The translations under genes were made by a program, and so were the position numbers. Shown here piece by piece: positions 37,305 to 51,148 of a DNA stretch of 64,000 nucleotides. This DNA is from Rhizodiscina lignyota (Eukaryota). The notes under the pieces are model-generated. The model was given only the letters and a program-made list of their open reading frames with translations, did not search any database and was not told where the DNA came from. Within the stretch, counting starts at the first letter, position 1. Every line of letters begins with the position of its first letter. The stretch covers positions 434,001 to 498,000 of the forward strand of contig ML978135.1 in assembly GCA_010015805.1 (NCBI GenBank), written 5' to 3'.

Positions 37305-38019
37305 GTTGGAGTGATTCAGATTATCTGGTAGATGATACTGAAAGATAGAAGTAGAATGTAGATATAAGATACGTCTCTAAATGAAATTCTATTATGTGCG
37401 GAGTAAGGAAGAAAGACGGTTCACAACGTTGAGAGTGATCCCCACTCAAACCAATTATCTTTGCACGAATGACAATAATCAAGGCATTGTACGCTCAACA
37501 CCTGTAGTTCTCTTCAGAGGTTACGAATAAGCAGAAAGTGCTCCAAGCTTCTTGGGGTGGTTGCTTCTTGGACATGACATCAAATAGACCCAACCACAAG
37601 GTATCAAATTTGGAGGTACGAGAATGATACATATATCGACGGTAAGCAGGTGCCAATTTTGCATTTGTTCAGAAAGAGATAAGTCTCGTATTGGTATTAG
37701 CAGTGGAGATGTTTAATTGTTTGACTGTGCTGAAGGCCAATCTCTGCGTGAATCGCACAAAGGGAGATCTGAAATCACGCGGCGCCGCACTCAAGATTCT
37801 GTACCCGATTGCTGGCCTCTGCAAACAATAGAACACACTCTCGCAATTCAAGGTGATAAAATATCTTACCCGCCGGCAAGCTGTAACGCTCAAGGCCGAG
37901 CAGCGCTTGCACTTCAAAAGAATCGAGACCATGTCTGAAAGCTCCATGGTGCATTCAGTATATACCTGCGGCTTGAACACGTAAATCGAGTGCTGTTTTA
38001 GTTTAATACACTTACTCGG

Positions 38020-38375
38020 CACCTAGCTTGCAATAGAATTAGAACTTTAGTTTAATTATATGCCAGCTTTCCACCTGCAAGTTGTATTTGTAGACTGAAC
38101 TTCGCCTCAATTCAGTCTCTTCCCTCAGCATCTAGCTTCCGCACAATGGTCGAGCTTCAATTCAATTATAAGTGGGTACTCAACTTATAATTTATACACA
38201 TTTGTTAAGCTTCACCTGAGTTTAAGATATGTTCTCGGCTTCTAATCTCCGCGTGAGGGTTAAGTTTTGCCTCAATTCACACACTCACAGGGCTCCAGGG
38301 CTCCAGGGTTGCGCGTGAATGTCGAGCTTCAATTGGATTATTTGCGGGCGCTCAACTCAGTGTTTGCACACGTGG
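38020..38375. repeat. Three degenerate copies of a ~45-bp motif (core gtcgagcttcaatt..attat) in AT-rich DNA
   Basis: Copies near 38025-38068, 38132-38180 and 38305-38350; gcctcaattca also recurs at 38104 and 38269. Confidence 0.45.
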
Positions 38376-38662
38376 ATCTTGTGTCATCCCTATATTCTCT
38401 AGATCATATTTCACAAGTAGTACCGTATTGGAAAACCTGTAGAGTCCGCTAGTTATAGAAGCTATATTGACTGCTCTGTATTTCGAAAGCTGCAGCCAAT
38501 CCGCTAGTGTCGAGGCAATATTCACGTACATCAATGAATCCAAAGTTGAAATGAATAGATTGTCAAAATGATTTCAGTGACACGCCATCTAAACTGCAAG
38601 TAGAATCCACTATGTGCTACCTTCTGTCTATAAAGAGAATACATGAACATTTAATAGCGATA

Positions 38663-39427
38663 TTACTCGCGTCTTTTCTCCACCCACCAGAGCATAGACG
38701 CCGAGAGGATGCAGGCGGTGAAACAACAAACGATACAGAAAAAGGCAAGAGTCCACCATTTATCAAGGCCGAACATTGAGGTACCCGGATAATTTGTGGT
38801 AGGGCCAATAATAGCACTAACCAGAAGCCAAATAGGTGAAACCGCGTCCCAAAATTCATACACAATAATTTCACCCAGTTCCGGTTGCTGCGGCCTTGAA
38901 GTGCGAACGCTGCACTTGGCACTAAGGAAAAATGTTGCAGCGAGGAACATGAATATGGGGAAGGTGTTGAAGAAGAAGTGGGTGAAAGCCCAGAAGAGAG
39001 AATCATTCGTTCCAGTTTTAGTGGCAGCGAGGAAGACGATAGTTAGTGCGAAGAGGAACAGCGCGAGCCATGAGAAGACGAAGATTTGCTCCAAGACGAA
39101 GTGGGTACGTGAACGGGACGGAGAGGATGCGTTATCGGTGTCTCGAGATGGGTCCCGATCACGAATTGTGTTTAGCGGTATAGCGACCGTCGAGAGGTTT
39201 TCGCAATCATAGCCGGCGTTAATCGGGCGTTTGTGGCTTCTCGCAGGTATTTTTGGGACGTGTTCTTCTCTTTCGAGTCGTTCATCTATGGTTTCGAAAG
39301 GATTTACTGGCTGGTCTTCTGCAGTTTCGAAAAGGTGTACTGCTCGAGGATGTTCATGTATGGTTTCGAGACGCTCCGCCCTGATATTAGCGGGTCGATA
39401 GTATTCAAGTTCCATTGCTTCTGCCAT
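38663..39427 (-). CDS. Hypothetical membrane protein (254 aa, about 4 TM segments)
   Basis: Single ORF; hydrophilic N-half, four hydrophobic helices in the C-half. Confidence 0.6.
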   Translation of the reverse strand: MAEAMELEYYRPANIRAERLETIHEHPRAVHLFETAEDQPVNPFETIDERLEREEHVPKIPARSHKRPINAGYDCENLSTVAIPLNTIRDRDPSRDTDNASSPSRSRTHFVLEQIFVFSWLALFLFALTIVFLAATKTGTNDSLFWAFTHFFFNTFPIFMFLAATFFLSAKCSVRTSRPQQPELGEIIVYEFWDAVSPIWLLVSAIIGPTTNYPGTSMFGLDKWWTLAFFCIVCCFTACILSASMLWWVEKRRE

Positions 39428-40243
39428 GTTGTAGTGTTTTGTTGATGATATTCGATGGTTCGTGTCTCTAACTGTTGTGTGAAGGAAAGAAAATATCCGA
39501 AGAGAGAAATCTTGGAGAATATATAGTAAAAGAGAGTGGCTGAGACACGTTGAAATCGCCCTACCTTTGCCAATGATGATTTAATAGAATCGAAGCTCTC
39601 AACGGCGTCCATTTTGATTCGCAGCGATAGGTGGCACGCCTCGTTCGAACCGCATTGCGGGAAAGCTTCTCATAGCGCAATTCCGGATAACTTGATAAAG
39701 ACATCTGAATACTTTCAACATGTTGAATAAAGCGAGCTTAGGAATATCGTTCAGATAAAAGAGTCTAAGAGTCTAGAGATCGTGAATGAGGGCGGAGCGA
39801 GGTGCCCCTTGCGGCATCGGCACTGCGGGCCATGGCAAGTTCCGTCATCCCACCTTGGTACGAAGTTTGATGTCTAGCTGCATGATTCACTGTCCGGCCT
39901 TCTCTACCTCACATCAGTCAATTGATCTCTTGCACAGCTGTGGCCTATGCAGCGTGACCTGGCAGATCGTTGGGCCCGCGTTCGTTACCTTGGATAGCAG
40001 GCGTCTGGCCTGACGAGGTGGACGGGGCCGCGGGGTACCTATTGGGCATGAGAATAATTTGTGAAAGGTCAGTTATTTGCTCGAAATCACGGGCAGGAAG
40101 TTCGGAATGGCTTGATATGAACTTGCTTATCCCCCTCCTACATCACGGAGATTTTTCTCTCCTCTCTATGGCGACTACGTTGCTAATCGACAATGGCAGA
40201 AGTTGTACCTAAACCCTGCTTTTCGAAGCAACATATTCGCACA

Positions 40244-42200
40244 ATGCATATCTCCGCAAAGCTCGAAGAGGCCGCTAAGGCCAAGCGAACGACATTCTCC
40301 TTCGAATTTTTCCCTCCGAAGACAGCCCAAGGTGTCCAGAATCTATACGACCGTATGGACAGGATGCACGGGTTTGGCCCAGCCTTCATCGATATCACCT
40401 GGGGCGCGGGTGGTCGTCACTCTCAGCTCACCTGCGATATGGTCAAGGTCGCGCAGTCAGTATACGGCCTGGAGACATGCATGCACCTCACCTGCACAGA
40501 TATGGAGAAGTCGAAGATCGACGAAGCATTGAAGGAGGCGTATAGTGCAGGATGCACTAACATTTTGGCCCTGAGAGGAGATCCGCCGAGAGAGAAGGAG
40601 AAGTGGGAATCAACTGCCGGTGGCTTCAAATACGCAAAGGATCTGGTCAAGTACATTCGCGACACGTACGGGAACCACTTCGACGTAGGTGTGGCAGGAT
40701 ATGCAGAGGGATGCGACGATCAGCGAGACACGGATCTACTTATCGACCACTTGAAGCAGAAAGTTGACGCAGGAGCTACGTTCATCGTCACTCAGATGTT
40801 TTACGATGTTGACATTTTCCTGGGCTGGGTCCAGAAGGTCCGGGATCGAGGCATCACTGTTCCGATCATCCCCGGAATCATGCCGATTCATACGCATGCC
40901 TCATTCATGCGACGGGCGACCTGGTCCAAATGCCACATACCAGCTGAGTGGACAAAAGCATTGGAACCGGTCAAGAACGATGACGCTGCCGTGAGGGAAG
41001 TCGGCAAGGGCCTAGTAACCACAATGTGTAAGAGACTTATCGATGCTGGGATCACCCACCTTCACTTGTAAGTGGCACATACGTCATCGATGTCTGTTCG
41101 TTAATATTTCACCAGTTATACAATGAACCTTGCACAGTCTACACGCATGGTTTTGGAGGAGTTGAGTGTCCTACCTGATCTGGAGAGCAAGGAGCTGCCG
41201 TGGCGACGATCATTAGGTCTCAACCGGCGCGACGAGAATGTCCGGCCAATCTTTTGGCGCAACCGCAAAGCTTCTTATGTTGCTCGAACGCAGGACTGGG
41301 ACGAGTTTCCCAACGGACGCTGGGGTGATTCTCGGTCGCCAGCTTTCGGCGAGCTCGATACCTATGGCATCGGATTGAAAGGCACAAACGAACAAAACAT
41401 CAAGCTCTGGGGTCATCCTCAGTCCCTCAAAGACGTTGCCGACCTTTTCGTTCGGTACATGCAAGGCAAGGTCGATAGTTTGCCATGGAGCGAGTCGCCG
41501 ATCTCGAACGAAGTCGATTCGCTCAAAGAAGGGCTGGTAGACCTCAACAGCCGCGGTATCCTGACCATCAACTCGCAGCCTGCTGTTAACGGAGTCTCAT
41601 CTACTCACCCAGTCCACGGTTGGGGTCCGCGTCATGGTTTTGTCTACCAGAAGGCGTACATTGAGGTGCTCGTCTCACCAGAGCTCATTTCAGAACTGAT
41701 TACTCGGATTGAGCGTAACCCGGACATTACTTACCATGCGGTCAACAAGCACAGCGACCTCAAGTCCAACGTCGCCGAAGAAGGGCCGAATGCTGTCACT
41801 TGGGGCGTCTTCCCCGGCAAAGAAATTGTGCAGCCAACTATCGTCGAGACAGTCTCCTTCTTGGCGTGGAAAGATGAGTTCTTCCGCCTGGGCGAGGACT
41901 GGGCAAAGTGTTACGATGCAGCCAGTCCTTCACGATATTTGATTGAGAACCTGATGGACACTTACTATTTGATCAATATCGGTAAGCCCGCTAACGTTTC
42001 TGGCAAGTGTTGCGAGGTCGCTAATATACGCGAAAACAGTCCATAACGACTTCCACGAGACGCACGGCATATTCCCACTCTTTCATGGCCTCTCCATCAA
42101 GGATCTGGACATGCCTTTCCACAAGGTCAACGGTGGTGACTCAACTCTGTCCGTGCGGCCGCACATCAAGCTCCACGACAGCCAACCTGTCTTGAACTGA
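40244..42200 (+). CDS. MET13: Methylenetetrahydrofolate reductase (Met13-type), 3 exons
   Basis: SFEFFPPKTAQGVQNLYDRM, DITWGAGG, HLTCT, NILALRGDPP, TQMFYD, WDEFPNGRWGDSRSPAFGEL, NAVTWGVFPGKEI; introns 41068-41115 and 41982-42039. Confidence 0.95.
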
Positions 42201-43680
42201 TCCTTTGCTAACCTTCGCTTTGATTGCGATCTCTTTCAGCCTCCACGAATGTCAATACTGGCGTTCCGGGATTCTTCATTTCAAATATTCACTGTGTTCA
42301 ACACGGCCTTCCAAAAAGTATTGCATGCAGCGTGGGCGATTTCATTGTTGGCGGCGGATTTTGATGCTGACGGAGCGGAGAAGGTCTAGAGGGGCGGAGG
42401 AACAATTGCTTCTGTATGAAGGGATTGGCGCGGGAGCTCTGAAGGATTTAAAAACGGGGTGTGGAAAGCATCATACATGATACCCACTGCATGCACCCTC
42501 AACGGTGCTCGGAGTTGGCTGCTTATTCTAGGTACAGGCTACAGCGTTGCAATGCGACATTTACGCGTCTTTCTTGATCCTGCTCTCCTGAGTCTCAGGC
42601 GCAATTCCTCACGTTGTGAAGTGCTTATACCACCACTGAGGTCTAGAATTGAGGCTGATCGAAAGTCGCGAGATCATGCATGCATGTCTGACGGCCCACC
42701 ACGGCAGTTTCAGCTCTGACATTTCCCACCAGGGTAGCCAAGTCTGTTTAATCCCGTTGGTAACGCGACTGTTCCCGACCCCTCTTGATGTGGAGCCTCT
42801 CAGCCCTCCGGCTTATTTCATCACTGCAGTTCACCACTGCACTGCTTACCTTAGCGAGTGCCGACATCCTTTTCGGCAGCGCGGCTGGCATGCTCACCAG
42901 CCACACCACCAAGCCTTTGGAAAGTCGATCGGCGATGGCCGATTACGTGATGTCTCTGTCCTTCGGTTCCGTTTTGCAGTTCTTTTGGCAAGCAGTTCAC
43001 CCGCAAGCTTCGATGGCTCCTCAGACCATTGCAGTCTATTGCTGCCTTTATCTTTTGTAGTCAATCCCTTTTCTAGCCACCTGCCGCATACGGCTAGGCA
43101 TTTCCAAAGTGAAAGATCCTCGCGATACTCGCCACATATGGCTCGTTTTCGTCTCGCAAGATCCCCACTGCACCATGAAGCGTCACCCATGCACATGTCT
43201 TGATAATAATGCGGTTTTATCGCGGCGCGAAAGCGGCATGCGTGAAAGTGTCAATGCCGCCCTCCCCAATCCCATTGTACAAGCTCAGGCTGAAGTTGCT
43301 CAACTGGGCAGGAGGTATTTGTGTATACTCGCCACCGCTTTTGTTTGTCATTTGGAGAGGTGGTATGATCAAGCATAAAGGCAGTATGAATGTTGTTTTG
43401 GAAATTGTCATTACATTAGCCCCCCCTTGCCCCCCTCCCCCAATTGAACCATGGGGTATCCATCACGATATCCATTATTTCGCGCGAGAAATGCGTGTAC
43501 GAACCCTGAAACCACAGCATCCCGGGATCGACTCTGCCCTACAGCACGTGGTTGCATGCTGCCCCGGCGTGCCGTCCACCATGAGGGTTGAGGAACAACG
43601 CCACCCCCAGAAAATGCTCTAGTGCGGCCGCATGGCGTACGCCGCCTCAATCGCCTCGCGATGCCTACCGCGCAGCAAAT

Positions 43681-43706
43681 GTGGTGTGGTGTGGTGTGGT
43701 GTGGTG
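43681..43706. repeat. (GTGGT)5 microsatellite
   Basis: gtggtgtggtgtggtgtggtgtggtg read directly. Confidence 0.9.
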
Positions 43707-43913
43707 CGCTTCCGTGTGCTGCCATGTCTACCACGCGCTCGGGAAGCCGTAATGCAGGAACCGGAGTGGGCACCGGCACGATGGCCGATTCCTAATCGCC
43801 GAGCCCAATGTCGCATCACCTCGTTGCCTGTGCAAGCTGCAGCTGTTACCTCCGACCTCACCTCCTTCTTTCGGCCAGGCGCACGTGAGAGGTGCCTGTG
43901 CTGGCGATTTAGA

Positions 43914-44450
43914 TTAGGCGCGCTGCGGCGAGGGAGGACATAGAATGTCGCCCGCAGTCGCATTGGCCCATCCGGCGGTCCCTTCGGGCACGGCCTCGAA
44001 GTCTCCACCCCCCAGCATCCGGCTGTACATCAGACACGCGACGCTCGGGTTCCCGCCTGGCGCGCCGAACATGGGCGGCGTAGGGACGTCGTATGCCATG
44101 TACGCGGCGACACATTCGCCCGTGTTGCCGTAGCCATAGCATGTTTGTAAACATTGCGCGAAGACGCTTGTGGAGTTTGATGATGTGACTTGGAACGAGG
44201 ATGGGTCGAGGTAGTATGCGTAGAGCTGCGATGTCTTGGTGGCGTTGGTGGGCCTGTATCGCGCAGCCGGGGTGCTAGAGTAGGAGACGAAGGCGAGCGA
44301 GGCAATTGGATTGGTGACTGTGCAACTCGAAGGAATTGATTTTGGGATCGGAGCGCCGGCCCGTTGGTGGAGTTGTTGGATAGGTGATGCTGTCGTTGAG
44401 ACAGCGAGGAAGACAGCGGCGAGCGCGATGACGTCGGTGATGAATAACAT
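43914..44450 (-). CDS. Small secreted protein, 178 aa, 6 Cys
   Basis: Signal peptide MLFITDVIALAAVFLAVSTTASP; CLQTCYGYGNTGECVAAY...ACLMY spacing loosely like PAN/apple modules. Confidence 0.75.
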   Translation of the reverse strand: MLFITDVIALAAVFLAVSTTASPIQQLHQRAGAPIPKSIPSSCTVTNPIASLAFVSYSSTPAARYRPTNATKTSQLYAYYLDPSSFQVTSSNSTSVFAQCLQTCYGYGNTGECVAAYMAYDVPTPPMFGAPGGNPSVACLMYSRMLGGGDFEAVPEGTAGWANATAGDILCPPSPQRA

Positions 44451-45640
44451 GATGGTAGTTTGGCCCTCGCGTGAGAGGTAAATGTGATTGCTTTTCCGCC
44501 GGAGTTAGAGTAATCCTTTGTGTACGTGGTTTGTGCCTTGCAGCTTCCTCTTATGACCGCGTCGGATAGATGAGGATATCAGGTGAGGGAAAGGTGAGTG
44601 TTGACTAAAGCGGCAATTGAGAAATGCAGAATCAGTTTGAGAGTGAGGGAACGAGAGGAACAACAAGAGAAACGAGCGTTAAGTAGTGGCAGAGGAAAAG
44701 GAAGCGAGATTGTTTGCTGTCTTGCCTTGCTCGAAGGGAGGCTGTTGTGGTGGCACAACAACAGCTCATTCGAGGCGCAAGTACGGGAGAGGTTGGGCCA
44801 ACTACGTCACGCTTCGAGCTGTCGTGATCTGTGCCACGCCTGGCCATCCAATGTTTCACTCGAGTGCTGATGGATCCTTACTCGCATCGAAGAAGCATCC
44901 CGGCTGCGCGCGGTGATTGGAGGAATCTCACCGTCCCATCGGCTGATATTCGGGTCGCATCGTGGAGAAAGTGTGGGCCCGCCCTGTCGCTCGGCCGACT
45001 TCGGTCGTGTCGTGTTCTCGACCTTTTCGCGTCTCCCAGCTTCGACAAAGTTCGCCAGGCTGTCTCGTGCGCCAAGTGTCGGCGTGAATTCCTTGGTCTG
45101 AGTGCACGACGGATAGCAAGTGGCCATGTTCTCTCTCTGTGAAAATGGAAACATGGGGAGGCTGGCAATAAGCTCGACTCCAGCGCAATTGAACTGATGG
45201 ATTGTAGCGCGTTTGGACGTCAACGGAGTCTGTTCGAGACGCGGCATCTTACATGATGAACTTCGAACACATCAAGGCGAAGCTGTGAGCAAGACAGATA
45301 CTACGATTTGCACTCAAGGATGAAGACGATGACACGATGCACGGTAGACAGTAGACACTGAGCAGGACGCAAGGTTGATATATTAATTTCAATCAACAGT
45401 CTGTTGAAAGGAGGGTATCTTGAAGGAGTCGTCCTGCGCCTCCATTACTCCCTCTGAGGCGGCCGACCGCCTTCATTAAGTATCGTATTCGTTATCCCTC
45501 ATGCCCGAGACCCACACACGGTCCCTGAGCCCATCGCTCAAAGGTCGCTAGAAACGCAGCAATAAAGCCAACCACGTAAACGTCAAGTAGCGTACAAGAA
45601 GTTGTTAAAGACGTAACAATCCGTGTGCTGTTCGCCGCAG

Positions 45641-46383
45641 TTACTGTTTGGCGATTGCTGCTGCCCTCGCGCCGACCTCCCCGTGTATTATCTCCAGGAG
45701 TTTCCGTAATGTTTCTTTGCTCTGGCCTTTGATGTCCTCGCCGCCGTCGTCGTCATCCTTGGTGAGGAGCTCTATCGTCTTTCGAAGCTTCTCGTATGCT
45801 GCACTGAGCTCCGAGTGGCTTGTCTCGAGGTTCCGGTACTTCTCGGTAAGTGCTGACAAGGCTGTCTCGAGGTCACGTGCATGCTTCTCTTTCCGCTCCC
45901 TGAAAGCGCGCTGTGCTGCTCGGTTTTGAGCTCTTCGACGGCCGCTGGTGGCGTGTGTGCGTTGCTCTTGACCCGATGATCTGGAGACAGGTACCGAAGT
46001 AGCTGTGATGGGGCTCGGGATTGGTGGGTAAGAGAGCTCGGCCAGCGGCGGTTGCGGGCTGCAGTATGCTGACTCGTCTGCGGAGCCAAAGTCGCTGGGT
46101 GTCATTGGTAGTTGGTAGGGGAACTTGATGTCCTCTTGCGCGATGTGGCTATACGACGGTTGGTACAGATGTGCTGGAGCGACTGAATCGAACTCGGACA
46201 GTATCTGATTAGAAAAGTCAGCACTTGGAACGCGAATGGTCTGTTCGAGGACAGGTCTCTTACAGGTGAGCCGCTGAGTGATGGGGTTGCAGACATCTCC
46301 GGCGAGTATTCAAAGTTCTCGCCGTGCTGGTAGTGATGTTGGTTCTGGAGCTGCATCCAGTAATCCATATGCTGAGTGTCCAT
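45641..46383 (-). CDS. Yap/AP-1-like bZIP transcription factor, 2 exons
   Basis: RRRAQNRAAQRAFRERKEKH plus leucine heptads; intron 46205-46263 keeps the frame. Confidence 0.88.
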
Positions 46384-49300
46384 GCCCAATGAGTGGTCAA
46401 GGCGGAGCTTAGGCGCAGTTGAGGGAAGAAAAAGAGAGGGGGGCAAGAGGGGATGATATCCTTTTGTGGTATTGCTCTCAAGTGACGTGACCCTGCGTGG
46501 TATAAGGCTAGATGACAGAGGTGAGAAGTTTTATATAATCAGCTTTTACTGGCAAACAGTCGGCTTTGTAACTTTTTACGATTGCAACAGGATTCGCCGA
46601 TCTCTTATACCAAACCTTTGGACCTGGGAGTTACGAGCGGCTGCTACCTTGCCCTGGCTTTCATCAGAGTGCTGCGATCCCTGCGGGGGCTCCGTCCTGC
46701 TACTCCGAAAGCGTGTGGACGTTGTTGCGGATTGCGCCAGCGGCAACGCGGTGATAGGAGAATGACGGGGGCTCGCGATGCTGCGACGCGTGCTGCCCAT
46801 CATTCGCACAGATTCACGGCCCCCATCGCTCACCGTCTCTTTGCTCGGAGCCGGCAGGGCGGTAGCGACAATGCTGAATGGGTTGATGGTTGCAGAGGGG
46901 ACGACGCCTCGTCCGAGTCAGAAGAGTTGGCCAGGACGTGGCTTGCAGAAGCGGGACGAAGGTTCATAGGACGTGTGCCCTACGCCCTGCAGCGCCGGAT
47001 CTGCAACCAGCGCAACGGGCATGTGGGCCATCGTGCCCACCAAAGCGGCATGGATGTCATGGCTGCAGCAGCGTCGAGGGTGTTGGCAGCACGAGCACCT
47101 CAGCCTTGCCGGATGCGGGCATTGATAGCTCGCGACGACCTCATACAGCCGACATATCACACGGCGCGCTTGCGGGGTGTTTCTGCGCGCTGCTGCAGGC
47201 AGGGAAATTAGTCAAGCGCTGCAGGCCTTAGTCAAGGCGTAGTGCCTGGGTGCAAAGCTTCTGGAAAACTTCTAGCTCCAGATGAAGCGCCGTAAGGTTG
47301 GCAGATTGAGTGATGAGAGCATGTGCGCTCAATTGGGGCGGCGACGCGATCCGCAGGTGGTGATGTCCCCTTCTCGCACTTCCGCAGAGCACACCAAGCA
47401 CCGACAAGCCCCCCGGGACACGCTCTCGCTGCTGCTGCTACCCTCCAGCCTCTATGCCCGCCGCTCAGCGCTTGACGTCATGTCTCGTGTTGCGACGAGA
47501 ATAGCAAGAGAGAGGTACGTCGTGGTTCTGGCAGCACGAGCGTGCTCAGAGACTGCTCCGGCCTCACCGAGCGACGCCCGCGCCAACGCCGTCAGCGCCG
47601 CCGCATGTCCGGGCTGCCGCGCTTCTCGGTTTGCTCGGCTGTCTGTGCTGGCTGTTGGAGACGGCTAGGGTGGCGGAAAGGCCAGTTCGGGCGGGTGCTT
47701 TAAAAGCGTTGAAGCAGCGTCGCCGTCGTTGCGCCGGCCATTATCAGTTGAGAGTCACCCTCGCCCGCCAGAGTCTGGCTTCGTGGACGGCTTCCGCTGC
47801 GCGGAGGACTCGCGCGAGTGGTGCCCGCGGCGGGGATGGTAGCGAGGGCACCAACCACTACGTGACGCTGTGCAAGCGTGCTCCTGGTCGGCGGTAGTGC
47901 CAAAGGCTCGCGAGCATACGGATACCACATGTACGCAAGCGCGAATCAAGGCGTACGGAAGCCGCTGGCGGCGCGTCAGCAGTCGTTCAGCGTACTCGGC
48001 TGTCGAGCACGTGTTGGAGTTGGACATCAGATAAAGCGCTGCCCACGGCGGATCTACGGAAATACTGGCCAAGGAGGCCTCCAGGGTTGTGGCAGCCTGA
48101 GTAGAGCGCTCTCCGACTGCCCACACTGCTCGCCTGCAGACCCTCGTATCGACGGGCACCAAGCCGAAGCTCCATGCCAGCGCGAAACTCTCACACGCCC
48201 GCTCCAGCTCGGCGGACTTGCCCCGACACTCGACAGCCATTGCACCAAGAGCAGTGGCCGCTAGCCGCATCCGGCCCACAGACTGCTGCTTTCCTGAACA
48301 GCACCACTGCACTCCTGCCTCCTCCACCTAGCCATAAGCCAAGCAGCCAATTTGCAGCACGGCACGTTCGGCCGGCCATCGACTCGTTCTTGCTCGGATG
48401 CGCCAGCTTCTGATTCACGCGTCGTACGATTCCCCTCGGCCCTTCACTTCTTCTGGGCGGACACGACATGCTCGAGCCGCGAGTATCCTACATTCGCCCA
48501 CCTCGCGCCTATCTACTCACCTTCCAGGCAATGGCATATTGTCCTTCTGCTGCACCTTGACCGCCTCCACAGCCATCATGCGACTCATCCTTCGACGATA
48601 TCGTCTCGCTCACACTGACCACCTCGAACGGCTCCCCAGTGGCCAGGCCAAGAGTTGCCGATCTCCCATCGCCTATCAATACCAAGCTTCGTGCATCCTG
48701 GCGTTCGCTGCGCTCCGAGATATCCTGCTCGCTGGCGTCAGCCTACTGGCGCGCAGCTTTTCGACCCCACCTCCAGCGAGCTTCCATGCGTCTTCCATGC
48801 AGGCAGATCCCAAAGTGTAGCGCAACGGCTTTTCCCAGCGATGCCCCTCCGTCCCCCAGTTTTCTGCCGCTTCGGGCAATTTGTCGTTGCCAGCTCGATA
48901 CACTGCGATGAGGAATCACCCGAGTCAATCGCAGCCGAGGGCTGGCCGCTGCCAGCCAATCGTTGCTCGCGTCGCCCTTCCTGCGCGAACGGGCCTAGTC
49001 TCCACCTCGCTCCAGCGGCGCTGCCATTGGCCAGCCCTGCCAGAATGCTGCCAGCCCGCCAGGATTCTCCTGTTGTCATCAAGAAGCAGCTTTGTCACGC
49101 TCGAGCGTCCAGACAGAGTGCTTGATATTGCTCGGCGACCTCTCTGAAACGTCTCTAGGTGGTGCTGCCCCACCATCGGGCCCGATTACTCTCGATTGCT
49201 TGCAGCGATGTGCTCTCTCTCGCTGCACGCCGTTTGTGTCCACCTCTGCGCCGCTCAGCTTCTAGCTCGACGTAGAGAAGCTTCGATACAGCGAAACCGT

Positions 49301-51148
49301 CACGCCGTCGAAGCGCTCTGCACGCCTCTTCCGCGTCACGCGCCGGTGCTCGCTGCTGCGCCAGTTCCTGCGTGCAGTGGCTCTCGGTGATCGTGATGAT
49401 CCAGCGCGAACGCTCCCAATTGCTGCACGCGGCGAATGGCCATCACGCTCCATCGGCGATGTCATCCGTCGGCAATGTGTTGCTCGAAGCCGGTGATTTT
49501 CGCCTCCGCCTTGAACTCGTTAGATCCCTTGATGCCGCTAATGCAGAGCCGCATGCCCATCCTTGCCTGTTACAAAACTTAGACTGGGGCCACTCCATCC
49601 ACACCTGACGTTTCCGCCCACATGCGGCGCTTGGTAGGCTCGATTTCCGCAAATCCCTGAGCATTGTTTGGGCGATCAATTACCAAGTTTTGGCCCCCCG
49701 CTCAAGGGTATCTAACTTTAAGGTTGGAAACAGGGGCCAGGGCAAGCGTCGCGTCTACAAGCCGTAGTGTGGATGCGGAGCCCATGCCATTATCAAGCCC
49801 TGTCGGCGAGAATCAACCAGCCGCCTTACAGCTGCACCGCACACACAGTATTCACTAGCCCGTGTCATATGTCTGTGTAGACTGCTGCTGATGTCTTCCA
49901 TGAGCTATCCCCTGGAGCTCTGGTTGAGGCTTGCGAACAGCAGCAACCGCTTGGAAGCCGTTTTGCGAACTGTAAGCAGCCACGCCATTTAACCACATAC
50001 CCACATAACCATCGCGACTACGCTAGCAGACGTCCAACCTCATACGGAATTGCTCACCCTGGGCAGTGCAGTGAGGGCATGCTGCAATTCCACATTCGTC
50101 TCACATTGAGCATCTCCGATGCAGTGCGGAATCGGGAAAGAGAGGGGAATGCGGAAAGTGATCCATCTCACGATATCCTCGATAAAGGGCGGCGTGCCGC
50201 TTTCGCAGAGCATCACCGCAATTCTCCAACCGACCGAGAAGTTCGATGATAGCGGAGCGGCACCAGGACTATCGAACGAATCATTGCAGACGGAGAAGCG
50301 CTTGGAGCAGACTGCAGCAATAGTAGCGCCATTAAGATGCGCGGCACGGCCAAGACCAATCGTCTTGACTCTTTAGCCACACCGGGGCCAGAACAGCCTC
50401 AGCTTTCGCCTACCAACTCGTATCCACAAAGTCTTGTCGTCAATTTCGCGTCAATCACATCCGGCCGGTAAGGCTGCCAAGTTATTGCACAAGGGGACCC
50501 TCTTGCTTCTGTATGCCGCAGGTTTTATATAATCAGCCTGCCTACGCTATCGTATATGATGGGCTGTGTACTGCCCCTCTCGCGAATAGTCGCCACCCGG
50601 TCAATGTTGGTTTTCTTCGCTTCAGCATGTTCCTCTATCGCTCGTGACTAGAGTGTAGACAGTTAGAGCCAAGAGATATACGAGCCCGAAGGGTAGGCGA
50701 AAGGAATCAGGCCCTCCTTCGCCGACGATTTCCACTCATGGGCCTATTTTGGAAATGCACATTGCTACTGCCCTTTGTAAGTAAGTACCTTTGTAAAGGC
50801 TCCAAGCCGCGGCAGCGTCGCCAAGAGTCTTTTACTCTCTTGGCTAGGTTATGAAAGCAAAAAGTCTATTCTGGCAGGTGGTTAATCACGAGACGACTCT
50901 ACTCTCTCCTCTTCCTTGCACTCACGGTTTCGCATGCAAGAGTTTCAGATGGTCATTTCTTCATTGGCCCCACCCTCTTAATTTTGGCTTTTATCCATTT
51001 CCTGTTTTGACGAGTAGTCTTTTTATTCTTATTTGCGGAGTAATCTTTTTGGTTCATTCCGCCCAGCAGCGGAATTGCATGGAAATACAGTATCACTCCT
51101 CCGCCCACCTCATCTCGCTGATTCCAACTTACCTCACTTCCTCATCCC

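Noticed and set aside
46582..49858. Many overlapping 60-200 aa ORFs
   Set aside because: Low-complexity R/A/S-rich translations in all frames, expected from high GC; no motifs.
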